From NCBI RefSeq assembly GCF_046105845.1, contig NZ_CP151004.1: a DNA stretch of 64,000 nt; one strand, given 5' to 3'. Every line of letters begins with the position of its first letter. The first letter of the stretch is position 1. Shown in pieces: positions 45,084 through 60,428 of the stretch. This DNA is from Escherichia coli (GTDB taxonomy: Bacteria; Pseudomonadota; Gammaproteobacteria; Enterobacterales; Enterobacteriaceae). The notes beneath the pieces are model-generated. The model was not told where the DNA came from, did no database searches, and saw nothing but the letters and a program-made list of their open reading frames with translations. The position numbers and the translations under genes are program-made.

Positions 45084-45434
45084 AAAAGGTTCCTTGAAGT
45101 ATGTCCCACGCTGTGGACGGTACTTACATTAAGGCACAACAGGACAAAATGGTCAATTCTTCGTTATGTAAAAAAGCGTCAGTGGATACATATTTTAATG
45201 TTATGGAAGTTAATTTAATTATTTACAATGATGATGTAATAATGATGAATTAACATGATAAACGTAATAATTCATTAATCAGGGTTATTTTGTTTGATAT
45301 ATATCAATTGGAACTTTCATATGACACTTAGAATCAATGCTCTCTATAGTGATGAATAATCATCATTCGAAGTCAGGTGGGATGCCTGTCTGAATACACC
45401 TCCTTCAGGATGTGGGGGATTCTGCTGAGCATCT

Positions 45435-47678
45435 ATGAAACTGAATGCAACTTATATAAAAATACGTGATAAATGGTGGGGGCTTCCGCTGTTCCTGCCT
45501 TCTTTAATCTTGCCCATTTTCGCCCACATTAATACTTTCGCGCATATTTCTTCCGGTGAGGTTTTTCTCTTTTATCTGCCTCTGGCTCTGATGATCAGCA
45601 TGATGATGTTTTTCAGCTGGGCGGCATTGCCAGGGATCGCCTTAGGGATTTTTGTCCGCAAATATGCAGAGCTGGGTTTTTACGAAACGCTCTCATTAAC
45701 GGCTAATTTTATTATCATTATCATTCTCTGTTGGGGCGGTTACAGGGTCTTTACTCCCCGGCGTAACAACGTTTCACATGGTGATACCCGTTTAATTTCC
45801 CAGCGTATATTCTGGCAGATTGTGTTTCCTGCAACGCTGTTTCTGATACTTTTCCAGTTTGCTGCGTTTGTAGGATTACTGGCGAGCAGAGAAAATCTGG
45901 TCGGCGTCATGCCTTTTAACCTCGGGACCTTAATCAATTATCAGGCCTTACTGGTGGGCAATCTGATTGGTGTCCCGCTGTGCTACTTCATCATTCGGGT
46001 GGTGCGAAATCCGTTTTATTTACGTAGCTATTATTCGCAATTAAAACAGCAGGTTGATGTCAAAGTCACCAAAAAAGAGTTCGCGCTCTGGCTACTGGCA
46101 TTAGGTGCGTTGTTGTTGCTGTTATGCATGCCGTTAAATGAAAAAAGCACAATTTTTAGCACCAATTATACCCTGTCATTATTGCTGCCCCTGATGATGT
46201 GGGGAGCGATGCGCTATGGTTATAAGCTGATTTCGCTGCTCTGGGCGGTCGTGTTGATGATCAGCATCCACAGCTATCAAAATTACATTCCCATTTATCC
46301 TGGCTATACCACACAGCTGACCATAACCTCCTCCAGTTATCTGGTATTCTCTTTTATTGTCAATTATATGGCTGTACTGGCAACCCGTCAGAGAGCGGTA
46401 GTCAGACGCATTCAGCGGCTTGCGTATGTGGACCCGGTGGTTCATCTGCCAAATGTTCGCGCCCTGAATCGCGCGTTGCGTGATGCCCCCTGGTCTGCGC
46501 TTTGTTATTTACGCATCCCTGGCATGGAAATGCTGGTTAAGAACTATGGCATCATGCTGCGGATTCAATACAAGCAAAAACTTTCTCACTGGCTGTCACC
46601 CTTGCTGGAACCGGGTGAGGATGTTTATCAGCTTTCGGGTAACGATCTCGCGCTGCGACTGAATACAGAATCGCACCAGGAGCGCATTACCGAACTGGAT
46701 AGCCATCTCAAGCAATTTCGTTTCTTTTGGGATGGAATGCCGATGCAACCGCAGATTGGCGTCAGTTACTGCTATGTGCGCTCGCCAGTGAATCATATCT
46801 ACCTGTTGCTGGGAGAGCTAAATACGGTCGCCGAGCTTTCCATCGTGACCAACGCCCCGGAAAATATGCAGCGTCGCGGGGCAATGTATTTGCAACGCGA
46901 ATTGAAAGATAAAGTCGCGATGATGAATCGGCTACAGCAGGCGCTGGAACACAACCATTTTTTCCTGATGGCCCAGCCGATTACCGGTATGCGTGGCGAT
47001 GTCTACCATGAAATTCTTCTGCGCATGAAAGGTGAGAATGATGAACTGATCAGCCCCGACAGCTTCTTGCCGGTCGCGCACGAATTTGGTTTATCGTCGA
47101 GTATCGACATGTGGGTCATTGAGCATACGCTGCAATTTATGGCTGAAAACAGAGCGAAGATGCCCGCTCACCGTTTTGCGATTAATCTGTCGCCAACCTC
47201 GGTATGTCAGGCTCGTTTTCCCGTTGAAGTCAGTCAGCTGCTGGCTAAATATCAAATTGAAGCGTGGCAACTTATTTTTGAAGTCACCGAAAGTAATGCT
47301 CTGACAAATGTTAAGCAGGCGCAAATCACCTTGCAGCATCTTCAGGAATTAGGCTGCCAGATTGCGATTGATGATTTCGGCACCGGCTACGCCAGCTATG
47401 CGCGGCTTAAAAATGTGAATGCCGATTTGCTTAAAATTGACGGCAGTTTTATCCGCAATATTGTGTCAAATAGTCTGGATTATCAGATAGTGGCGTCGAT
47501 TTGCCACCTGGCGCGAATGAAGAAAATGCGGGTAGTGGCAGAGTACGTTGAAAACGAAGAGATCCGCGAGGCGGTGCTCTCTTTGGGGATCGATTATATG
47601 CAGGGTTATCTTATTGGTAAGCCGCAACCGTTAATTGATACGCTGAATGAAATCGAACCCATTCGCGAAAGTGCCTGA
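45435..47678 (+). CDS. pdeF: cyclic di-GMP phosphodiesterase (MASE1 - degenerate GGDEF - EAL)
   Basis: 747 aa; N-terminal polytopic membrane domain; C-terminal EAL motifs (DDFGTG, EYVENEE). Confidence 0.9.
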   Translation: MKLNATYIKIRDKWWGLPLFLPSLILPIFAHINTFAHISSGEVFLFYLPLALMISMMMFFSWAALPGIALGIFVRKYAELGFYETLSLTANFIIIIILCWGGYRVFTPRRNNVSHGDTRLISQRIFWQIVFPATLFLILFQFAAFVGLLASRENLVGVMPFNLGTLINYQALLVGNLIGVPLCYFIIRVVRNPFYLRSYYSQLKQQVDVKVTKKEFALWLLALGALLLLLCMPLNEKSTIFSTNYTLSLLLPLMMWGAMRYGYKLISLLWAVVLMISIHSYQNYIPIYPGYTTQLTITSSSYLVFSFIVNYMAVLATRQRAVVRRIQRLAYVDPVVHLPNVRALNRALRDAPWSALCYLRIPGMEMLVKNYGIMLRIQYKQKLSHWLSPLLEPGEDVYQLSGNDLALRLNTESHQERITELDSHLKQFRFFWDGMPMQPQIGVSYCYVRSPVNHIYLLLGELNTVAELSIVTNAPENMQRRGAMYLQRELKDKVAMMNRLQQALEHNHFFLMAQPITGMRGDVYHEILLRMKGENDELISPDSFLPVAHEFGLSSSIDMWVIEHTLQFMAENRAKMPAHRFAINLSPTSVCQARFPVEVSQLLAKYQIEAWQLIFEVTESNALTNVKQAQITLQHLQELGCQIAIDDFGTGYASYARLKNVNADLLKIDGSFIRNIVSNSLDYQIVASICHLARMKKMRVVAEYVENEEIREAVLSLGIDYMQGYLIGKPQPLIDTLNEIEPIRESA

Positions 47679-47683
47679 ATAAT

Positions 47684-47710
47684 GCGGGCCGACATTTCTC
47701 GTCGGCCCGC
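47684..47710. terminator. stem-loop between convergent pdeF and ppx
   Basis: GCGGGCCGAC-atttctc-GTCGGCCCGC, 10-bp perfect stem; weak U-tract. Confidence 0.5.
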
Positions 47711-47716
47711 AAAGCA

Positions 47717-51329
<3,613 letters not shown>

Positions 51330-51500
51330 TACCACTTTTACTCCGTTTTATTCACGGGACACTGCCTGGATATTATGGCGAGCAATATTGGCAGATGTCC
51401 AACTATGCCAGAAAAGGGGGAAAAAAACTGCTGGAGCTTGCGATTTACAGGTGAATTGAAAAACGCCAGCGGCAGAGCTGGCGCTTTAACTACGGGGGCA

Positions 51501-52138
51501 TTACTCGTCGGCAGCGTAGCCCTGCGGCGGCAGACGTTGACCATCCAGCCACGCGGCGTTTTCGTGCATTTTCAGACGACCATCGGCAAACCAGCTAATC
51601 ACCAGTGGATAAATAGCGTGTTCCTGGGTTTGCACGCGGGCGGTGATGTCATCTTCCGTATCACCAGCAAATACCGGGACTTTCGCCTGTAAAATAACCG
51701 GGCCACCGTCCAGTTCATCGGTGACGAAATGCACCGATGTACCGTGCTCCTCATCGCCATTTTCCAGCGCCTGACGATGGGTGTGTAATCCGGGATATTT
51801 CGGCAGCAGAGAAGGGTGAATGTTCAGCAAACGCCCGGCATAGTGGGAGACAAACGCCGGGCTGAGAATGCGCATAAAACCAGCCAGCACGACCACATCT
51901 GGTGCGTACATGTCGATTTCATGAATCAACTCCCGGTCATAGGCTTCACGACTGTCAAACGCGCTGGCGATGAGCGTATGCGTTGCAATACCCGCCTGGC
52001 GGGCGCGTTCAAGGCCGAACGCGTCGGCCTTATTGCTGAAAACTGCCCGTACGGTGCCTTTAATTTTGTTGGTTTTGCAGGCGTCAATAATTGCCTGCAA
52101 ATTACTTCCGTTGCCGGAAATAAGCACCACAATATTCA

Positions 52139-52139
<1 letters not shown>
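51501..52139 (-). CDS. purN: phosphoribosylglycinamide formyltransferase
   Basis: 212 aa; folate-binding motifs; overlaps purM stop. Confidence 0.95.
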
Positions 52140-53194
<1,055 letters not shown>

Positions 53195-53239
53195 TTACTT
53201 GCGGTAGAAAAATAAAATTCGGCGCAATTCTAACAGGGA

Positions 53240-53255
53240 AAGCAAACGTTTGCGA
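53240..53255. promoter_or_regulatory. PurR operator (PUR box) in purMN promoter region
   Basis: AAGCAAACGTTTGCGA: near-perfect palindrome matching the PurR consensus core GCAAACGTTTGC; ~65-80 bp upstream of purM start. Confidence 0.75.
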
Positions 53256-53500
53256 GACTGCTTTACACAACCTTTTTGTACGTCTTTTCCCCAGGCGCGC
53301 GGCAAAACAATACTTGTACCAGGGCAAAGGATCGTTTTCGGATGGAATAATCTTCTTCCATAACCATTTGAATATAAAATAACTTTATCTCAAACCGTTA
53401 TCATTTTGACTAAAGTCAACGAAAATAATATTGCCGCCTTGAAGAAAGGAGGTATAATCCGTCGATTTTTTTTGTGGCTGCCCCTCAAAGGAGAAAGAGT

Positions 53501-54127
53501 ATGAAGATCGTGGAAGTCAAACACCCACTCGTCAAACACAAGCTGGGACTGATGCGTGAGCAAGATATCAGCACCAAGCGCTTTCGCGAACTCGCTTCCG
53601 AAGTGGGTAGCCTGCTGACTTACGAAGCGACCGCCGACCTCGAAACGGAAAAAGTAACTATCGAAGGCTGGAACGGCCCGGTAGAAATCGACCAGATCAA
53701 AGGTAAGAAAATTACCGTTGTGCCAATTCTGCGTGCGGGTCTGGGGATGATGGACGGTGTGCTGGAAAACGTTCCGAGCGCGCGCATCAGCGTCGTCGGT
53801 ATGTACCGTAATGAAGAAACGCTGGAGCCGGTACCGTACTTCCAGAAACTGGTTTCTAACATCGATGAGCGTATGGCGCTGATCGTTGACCCAATGCTGG
53901 CAACCGGTGGTTCCGTTATCGCGACCATCGACCTGCTGAAAAAAGCGGGCTGCAGCAGCATCAAAGTTCTGGTGCTGGTCGCTGCGCCAGAAGGTATCGC
54001 AGCGCTGGAAAAAGCGCACCCGGACGTCGAACTGTTTACTGCATCGATTGACCAGGGACTGAACGAGCACGGATACATTATTCCGGGCCTCGGCGATGCC
54101 GGTGACAAAATCTTTGGTACGAAATAA
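53501..54127 (+). CDS. upp: uracil phosphoribosyltransferase
   Basis: Start at [10 protein letters not shown] (208 aa); PRPP-binding motif [12 protein letters not shown]. Confidence 0.95.
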   Translation: MKIVEVKHPLVKHKLGLMREQDISTKRFRELASEVGSLLTYEATADLETEKVTIEGWNGPVEIDQIKGKKITVVPILRAGLGMMDGVLENVPSARISVVGMYRNEETLEPVPYFQKLVSNIDERMALIVDPMLATGGSVIATIDLLKKAGCSSIKVLVLVAAPEGIAALEKAHPDVELFTASIDQGLNEHGYIIPGLGDAGDKIFGTK

Positions 54128-54142
54128 AGAATAAAAATAATT

Positions 54143-54172
54143 AAAGCCGACTTTAAGAGTCGGCTTTTTTTT
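54143..54172 (+). terminator. intrinsic terminator / attenuator-like hairpin between upp and uraA
   Basis: AAAGCCGACT-ttaag-AGTCGGCTTT followed by T-run. Confidence 0.7.
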
Positions 54173-54212
54173 GAGTAAAGCGCCTATAACACATAATACA
54201 GAGGATAATACT

Positions 54213-55502
54213 ATGACGCGCCGTGCTATCGGGGTGAGTGAAAGACCGCCACTTTTACAGACAATCCCGCTTAGTTTGCAACATTTGTTCGCCATGTTTG
54301 GTGCAACCGTCCTGGTGCCCGTCTTATTTCATATTAACCCGGCGACTGTACTGTTATTTAACGGTATAGGAACACTGCTGTATCTCTTCATCTGTAAAGG
54401 GAAAATTCCGGCTTATCTTGGTTCCAGCTTTGCCTTTATTTCACCGGTATTGTTACTGTTGCCGTTGGGGTATGAAGTCGCGCTGGGCGGCTTTATTATG
54501 TGCGGCGTGCTGTTCTGCCTGGTTTCTTTTATCGTGAAGAAAGCGGGGACCGGCTGGCTGGACGTGCTGTTTCCACCTGCGGCAATGGGCGCAATCGTTG
54601 CCGTCATCGGTCTGGAGCTGGCGGGCGTAGCTGCCGGTATGGCAGGTTTACTCCCGGCTGAAGGGCAAACTCCAGACTCCAAAACCATCATCATCTCCAT
54701 TACCACGCTGGCGGTTACGGTTTTAGGTTCCGTGCTGTTTCGTGGTTTCCTGGCAATTATCCCGATTTTAATTGGCGTGCTGGTGGGCTACGCGCTCTCT
54801 TTCGCAATGGGAATTGTCGATACCACGCCGATTATTAATGCTCACTGGTTTGCGCTGCCAACTCTCTATACGCCGCGCTTCGAGTGGTTTGCCATTCTGA
54901 CTATTCTGCCAGCGGCGTTAGTGGTTATTGCCGAACACGTAGGGCACCTGGTGGTAACGGCTAATATCGTCAAAAAAGATCTGCTGCGCGATCCTGGTCT
55001 GCACCGTTCGATGTTTGCTAACGGCTTGTCGACCGTGATCTCCGGCTTCTTTGGCTCCACGCCAAATACCACCTACGGGGAAAACATTGGCGTGATGGCG
55101 ATCACCCGTGTTTACAGTACCTGGGTTATCGGCGGGGCAGCGATTTTCGCTATCCTGCTTTCCTGCGTCGGTAAACTGGCTGCTGCTATCCAGATGATCC
55201 CATTGCCGGTGATGGGCGGCGTTTCGCTGCTGCTTTATGGTGTCATCGGTGCTTCCGGTATTCGTGTTTTGATCGAATCGAAAGTGGATTACAACAAAGC
55301 ACAGAACCTGATCCTGACTTCCGTGATTTTGATCATCGGTGTCAGCGGCGCGAAGGTAAACATCGGCGCGGCGGAGCTGAAAGGTATGGCGCTGGCGACC
55401 ATCGTCGGTATCGGCTTAAGTTTGATCTTCAAACTGATTAGTGTGCTGCGCCCTGAAGAAGTGGTGCTGGACGCAGAAGACGCGGATATAACAGACAAAT
55501 AA
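54213..55502 (+). CDS. uraA: uracil:H+ symporter (NCS2 family)
   Basis: Start at [10 protein letters not shown] (429 aa); polytopic membrane protein. Confidence 0.93.
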   Translation: MTRRAIGVSERPPLLQTIPLSLQHLFAMFGATVLVPVLFHINPATVLLFNGIGTLLYLFICKGKIPAYLGSSFAFISPVLLLLPLGYEVALGGFIMCGVLFCLVSFIVKKAGTGWLDVLFPPAAMGAIVAVIGLELAGVAAGMAGLLPAEGQTPDSKTIIISITTLAVTVLGSVLFRGFLAIIPILIGVLVGYALSFAMGIVDTTPIINAHWFALPTLYTPRFEWFAILTILPAALVVIAEHVGHLVVTANIVKKDLLRDPGLHRSMFANGLSTVISGFFGSTPNTTYGENIGVMAITRVYSTWVIGGAAIFAILLSCVGKLAAAIQMIPLPVMGGVSLLLYGVIGASGIRVLIESKVDYNKAQNLILTSVILIIGVSGAKVNIGAAELKGMALATIVGIGLSLIFKLISVLRPEEVVLDAEDADITDK

Positions 55503-55596
55503 TGTACCGACCGGGCAGTGTTGCTGCCCGGTTCAAACATCATGGGATTCTGTGGTAAACTTCTCGCGATTTTGTGAAATCCTGGTTGAGGTATCT

Positions 55597-56298
55597 CTGA
55601 ACACACCGGCACAGCTCTCTTTGCCACTTTATCTTCCTGACGACGAAACCTTTGCAAGTTTCTGGCCGGGGGATAACTCCTCTTTACTGGCCGCGCTGCA
55701 AAACGTGCTGCGTCAGGAACATAGCGGTTACATCTATCTCTGGGCACGCGAAGGCGCGGGGCGCAGCCATCTGCTGCACGCGGCTTGCGCGGAATTGTCG
55801 CAGCGTGGCGATGCGGTGGGCTATGTCCCGCTGGATAAACGCACCTGGTTTGTTCCGGAAGTGCTCGACGGTATGGAGCATTTGTCGCTGGTCTGTATCG
55901 ACAACATTGAGTGTATTGCAGGCGATGAGTTGTGGGAGATGGCGATTTTCGATCTCTACAATCGAATTCTGGAATCGGGCAAAACACGGTTGTTGATCAC
56001 CGGCGATCGTCCACCGCGGCAGTTGAATCTGGGATTACCGGATCTCGCGTCGCGACTCGACTGGGGGCAGATCTACAAATTGCAGCCACTTTCTGATGAA
56101 GATAAGTTGCAGGCGCTACAGTTACGCGCGCGTTTGCGTGGTTTTGAACTGCCGGAAGATGTGGGGCGTTTCTTGCTGAAGCGGCTCGACAGAGAAATGC
56201 GCACGTTATTTATGACGTTGGATCAGCTGGATCGTGCGTCGATTACCGCGCAACGTAAGCTGACCATTCCGTTTGTGAAAGAGATTCTGAAACTGTAG
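55597..56298 (+). CDS. hda: DnaA-inactivating AAA+ protein Hda, with non-canonical CUG start
   Basis: In-frame CTG at 55597 gives (M)[15 protein letters not shown], 233 aa; the ATG at 55552 gives a 15-aa extension. Confidence 0.8.
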
Positions 56299-56311
56299 AC
56301 AAGACGTTTAT

Positions 56312-56375
56312 TGTCGGATGCGCACCCATAGTATTCGTCGGCCGGATAAGACGCGGCAAGCGTCGCATCCGGCAA
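56312..56375. repeat. REP element
   Basis: GCCGGATAAGACGCGGCAAGCGTCGCATCCGGC palindromic REP unit. Confidence 0.75.
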
Positions 56376-56403
56376 TGTGCTTCAACTAGCGATGGAGCAC
56401 TTC

Positions 56404-56763
56404 TTAACCCACGATTTCCAGCACCTGCTCCGGTGGACGACCAATTCGCGCTTTGCCATTCGCGACCACAATCGGGCGCTCCATTAGCTTCGGATTATCC
56501 ACCATTGCCTGAATCAGCGCCTCTTCGCTAAGCGAACTGTCAGCCAGGTTCAGTTCTTTATAAAGATCCTCTTTCTGGCGCATCAATTCACGAGCGCTAT
56601 TCATCCCCAGCATTTTCAGCAAATCACGCAGCGTTGCCGCATCGGCGGGTGTCTCAAGGTAGAGCACCACTTCTGGCTCCACGCCGTTTTCTTTCAGCAG
56701 GTTTAGCGTTTCCCGGCTCTTTGAACAGCGTGGGTTATGGTAGATTTTTACCTGTTTGGTCAT
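56404..56763 (-). CDS. yfgD: ArsC/Spx-family putative reductase
   Basis: 119 aa; N-terminal Cys (NPRCSKSRETL) typical of ArsC family. Confidence 0.85.
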   Translation of the reverse strand: MTKQVKIYHNPRCSKSRETLNLLKENGVEPEVVLYLETPADAATLRDLLKMLGMNSARELMRQKEDLYKELNLADSSLSEEALIQAMVDNPKLMERPIVVANGKARIGRPPEQVLEIVG

Positions 56764-56783
56764 TGTTCTTCCTTTAATGCGAA

Positions 56784-58247
56784 TTACATCTTGGTATAAG
56801 GCTTAAAGCGTTCCTGCAGCTGGCGCAACTGGTCGATGCGCGCATCGTAACGCGCTTGTTGCAGGCTGCCTAATTTCACCTGCGAACTGGCGCTACTCAA
56901 CAAGGAAATGGCCTGATCGAGTCGCCCGGCGAGCGCATAACCTTCTGCTCGCGCAGCCAGTTCCTGATCGCGGTTATTTAGCGCCGCCTCCGCCTGTGCC
57001 AGTAAATCCCAGCCATTGCTGTCATCTTTATTATTAAAGGTGTAGCGATTGAGAATATTGGCCGCTTCTTGTGGTTGACCGCCTTGCAGATAAGCGTTCG
57101 CCAGGTTGAGCTGCAACACCGGATTGGTGCGCAAATCGCGGGCATTTTTCAGGCGATTGATAGCGTCATTGGCTTTGTTTTGCCCAAGATCGATATCGGT
57201 AGCCAGATCGAGATACCATGCATTGCCAGGTTCTGCCGCCAGTAACGGTTGCAGCGTTTTACGCGCTTCGTCGTATTTATTGGCTTCCATCGCCTGTAAA
57301 GCACGACCATATTGCGCCGCTCGTTGCTGACGAACGTTTCCTTTCGCCCATTCATCCAGCAAATCACTGGTGAGCTGGTTACGTCCGGAATTATACATCC
57401 CCAGTGTGCGCGCTTTCGCCAGATAGAAATCTTCCGACGACTGCACCACCATCGGGCGCATCTGATTAGCACGGTTGCGGGCATCTGCCAGACGACTTTC
57501 CGGCAATGGGTGAGTCAATAAAATTTCCGGCGGACGCGAGGAGTAACGCGCCTGATCGAGCAATTTTTCGAGGAAGGTCGGCATCGCCTGCGGATCGAAT
57601 CCTGAGCGTTGCAGCACCTGAATACCAATGCGATCCGCTTCCTGTTCATTTTGCTGGGTGAAGCTGATCATCCCCTGGCGAGTTCCCGCCAGTGTACCGG
57701 TCAGCGCTGCCATCCCCGCCTGCGGACTGGCCATCGCCAGTAAAATAGAACCTAACGCGCCGACCCAGGTCAGCGGCGCGCTGCGCTGTTGATCTTCCAT
57801 CGCTCGCGCCAGGTGACGTTGGGTGACGTGGGAGATTTCGTGCGCCATAACTGAAGCCAGTTGACTTTCGTTATCGGAATAACGGAACAGGGCAGAGTGC
57901 AGCACCACGTTGCCGCCAAAGAAAGCAAAGGCGTTAATTTCGTCGTTGTTGATCAGAAAGAAATGAAACGGTGTCTTAACCGAATTGGCATGCGAAACCA
58001 GACGCATCCCCAGCGAATTAATATATTGCGTTAACAGCGGGTCATTAATTAACGGCGCGCTGCCGCGTAGCTGGCGGACATAATAGTCGCCCATCTGCAT
58101 TTCCTGGCCAATGGAAAGCGTGCTTCCTGCGGAGGTTCCCATATCCGGCAAGGTGTCTGCGCTGTCGGCAAACGCCGGGGCTACCTGACCAATGGTCATA
58201 GCAGCAATGAGGGTTGCAACCAGGTTTTTTTTCAACTGCCTGAACAT
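56784..58247 (-). CDS. bepA: periplasmic beta-barrel assembly-enhancing protease (M48 + TPR)
   Basis: 487 aa; signal peptide; HEISH zinc motif ([12 protein letters not shown]); C-terminal TPRs. Confidence 0.93.
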   Translation of the reverse strand: MFRQLKKNLVATLIAAMTIGQVAPAFADSADTLPDMGTSAGSTLSIGQEMQMGDYYVRQLRGSAPLINDPLLTQYINSLGMRLVSHANSVKTPFHFFLINNDEINAFAFFGGNVVLHSALFRYSDNESQLASVMAHEISHVTQRHLARAMEDQQRSAPLTWVGALGSILLAMASPQAGMAALTGTLAGTRQGMISFTQQNEQEADRIGIQVLQRSGFDPQAMPTFLEKLLDQARYSSRPPEILLTHPLPESRLADARNRANQMRPMVVQSSEDFYLAKARTLGMYNSGRNQLTSDLLDEWAKGNVRQQRAAQYGRALQAMEANKYDEARKTLQPLLAAEPGNAWYLDLATDIDLGQNKANDAINRLKNARDLRTNPVLQLNLANAYLQGGQPQEAANILNRYTFNNKDDSNGWDLLAQAEAALNNRDQELAARAEGYALAGRLDQAISLLSSASSQVKLGSLQQARYDARIDQLRQLQERFKPYTKM

Positions 58248-58459
58248 AACCTCTATCCTGTATTTCTGAAGATAGTCATTTGACCGATACTGTGAAATAT
58301 CGTTCCCACCGCGCCGCCTTTGAGTGTAACGGCGAAGATTAGCCCACTCAAATGACTTTTCAGTTTCCTGAATCCGTCATAAAAAGCGAAGTCTTTTTTG
58401 TGACATTTCGATACAATTGCGGATCGCAATCCCGCTCTTGAGGTTCAGGGAAGGTCTTT

Positions 58460-59521
58460 ATGCTCGAAATGTTGATGCAATGGTATCGCCGCCGTTTTAG
58501 CGACCCGGAAGCGATTGCCTTGCTGGTTATTTTAGTTGCCGGATTTGGCATTATCTTTTTCTTTAGTGGCCTGCTTGCTCCACTGTTGGTGGCTATTGTG
58601 CTGGCCTATTTGCTGGAATGGCCAACCGTGCGCCTGCAATCTATTGGCTGCTCCCGCCGCTGGGCGACGTCGATTGTATTGGTGGTTTTCGTCGGTATAT
58701 TGCTACTGATGGCGTTCGTGGTATTGCCTATCGCCTGGCAGCAGGGCATCTACTTAATTCGCGATATGCCGGGGATGCTCAATAAGCTTTCTGACTTTGC
58801 CGCCACGTTGCCGCGCCGCTATCCGGCGTTGATGGATGCGGGCATTATTGATGCAATGGCCGAAAATATGCGCAGTCGGATGCTGACCATGGGCGATTCG
58901 GTGGTGAAAATTTCCCTCGCCTCGCTGGTCGGTTTGCTGACCATTGCCGTCTATCTGGTGCTGGTACCATTGATGGTCTTCTTCCTGCTGAAAGACAAAG
59001 AGCAGATGCTGAACGCCGTTCGCCGGGTGCTGCCACGTAACCGTGGACTGGCAGGACAGGTGTGGAAGGAGATGAATCAACAAATCACCAACTATATCCG
59101 CGGCAAAGTGCTGGAGATGATCGTGGTGGGGATTGCCACCTGGCTGGGATTCTTACTCTTCGGGCTGAACTATTCGCTGCTGCTGGCTGTGCTGGTCGGC
59201 TTCTCGGTACTTATTCCGTACATTGGCGCATTTGTGGTGACCATTCCGGTGGTTGGCGTGGCGCTATTCCAGTTTGGTGCTGGCACGGAATTCTGGAGCT
59301 GCTTCGCGGTGTATCTGATCATTCAGGCGCTGGACGGCAACCTGTTAGTACCTGTGTTGTTCTCCGAAGCGGTTAACCTGCATCCGCTGGTCATTATTTT
59401 ATCAGTAGTGATCTTCGGTGGTTTGTGGGGATTCTGGGGCGTATTCTTCGCCATTCCATTGGCGACGCTGATCAAAGCCGTGATCCACGCCTGGCCCGAT
59501 GGGCAAATCGCGCAAGAATAA
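58460..59521 (+). CDS. perM: AI-2E/PerM family membrane permease
   Basis: 353 aa polytopic membrane protein. Confidence 0.88.
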   Translation: MLEMLMQWYRRRFSDPEAIALLVILVAGFGIIFFFSGLLAPLLVAIVLAYLLEWPTVRLQSIGCSRRWATSIVLVVFVGILLLMAFVVLPIAWQQGIYLIRDMPGMLNKLSDFAATLPRRYPALMDAGIIDAMAENMRSRMLTMGDSVVKISLASLVGLLTIAVYLVLVPLMVFFLLKDKEQMLNAVRRVLPRNRGLAGQVWKEMNQQITNYIRGKVLEMIVVGIATWLGFLLFGLNYSLLLAVLVGFSVLIPYIGAFVVTIPVVGVALFQFGAGTEFWSCFAVYLIIQALDGNLLVPVLFSEAVNLHPLVIILSVVIFGGLWGFWGVFFAIPLATLIKAVIHAWPDGQIAQE

Positions 59522-59558
59522 TCTTCAGCCCGACGAACTGTTTCGCCGGGCTGATTTT

Positions 59559-60407
59559 TCAGGATTCCTGACGTAAATAAATAGCCCGATAACAAATACT
59601 CACCAGCACTGCACCGCCGATAATATTACCCAGCATCACCGGGAGCAGATTGGCGGTAATAAAATGGCTGACCGTCAGTGCCGGAAAATGGTCTGCGCTA
59701 CTGTGCGCCAGTTGCCAGAAGGAGGTAGGGGCGAAATGGCGAATGGCAATGGCGAACGGAATCACAAACAAATTGGCGATACAGTGCTCAAAGCCACTGG
59801 CGACAAACAGGGTGATGGGCAAAATCATGGCGACGATTTTGTCGCATAATGAACGTCCGCAATAACTCATCCACAGCGCCAGACAAACCATCAGATTGCA
59901 CATAATGCCGAGGCTGACTGATTCAGTAAATGTATGATGCATTTTGCCCTCGGCGCAGTGTAAAACCGCGACTCCCCACATCGCGTTTTCACTCATCACC
60001 AGCCCGGAAAACCAGATTAACAAACTGAAACAGGCAATACCTGCCAGATTACCGCAGGCCACCAGAAGTGCATTAATCAGCCATGTTCGCCAGCTAATAA
60101 CGCCCCGACTTTTTGCCATCACCGTCATTACCGACGAGGTGAACAGGCTGGTGCCGCAAACCGCCAGCAAAATAAAGCCGAGCGTAAAGCAAAGGCCTCC
60201 CACCAGATGGGTTAATGCCTGTGAAGACGGGGCATCGGCGATAACGGTAAGGTAAAAAGTAAATCCGATCGCCATAAACACGCCTGCGGACATCGCCATT
60301 AAAAAGACCGACACTTTGCTGCGGGCAATTTTATGGGCGGCAATCCGTTCAGCGATTGCCGCTTTTCTGGCGCTCAACTGCAAGTCGAAAGAGAGTTTGT
60401 TTCTCAT
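59559..60407 (-). CDS. focB: formate/nitrite transporter family channel
   Basis: 282 aa; FNT family hydrophobic profile; downstream of hyfR. Confidence 0.88.
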   Translation of the reverse strand: MRNKLSFDLQLSARKAAIAERIAAHKIARSKVSVFLMAMSAGVFMAIGFTFYLTVIADAPSSQALTHLVGGLCFTLGFILLAVCGTSLFTSSVMTVMAKSRGVISWRTWLINALLVACGNLAGIACFSLLIWFSGLVMSENAMWGVAVLHCAEGKMHHTFTESVSLGIMCNLMVCLALWMSYCGRSLCDKIVAMILPITLFVASGFEHCIANLFVIPFAIAIRHFAPTSFWQLAHSSADHFPALTVSHFITANLLPVMLGNIIGGAVLVSICYRAIYLRQES

Positions 60408-60428
60408 GAATACTCCTGCAAAAGCAGA

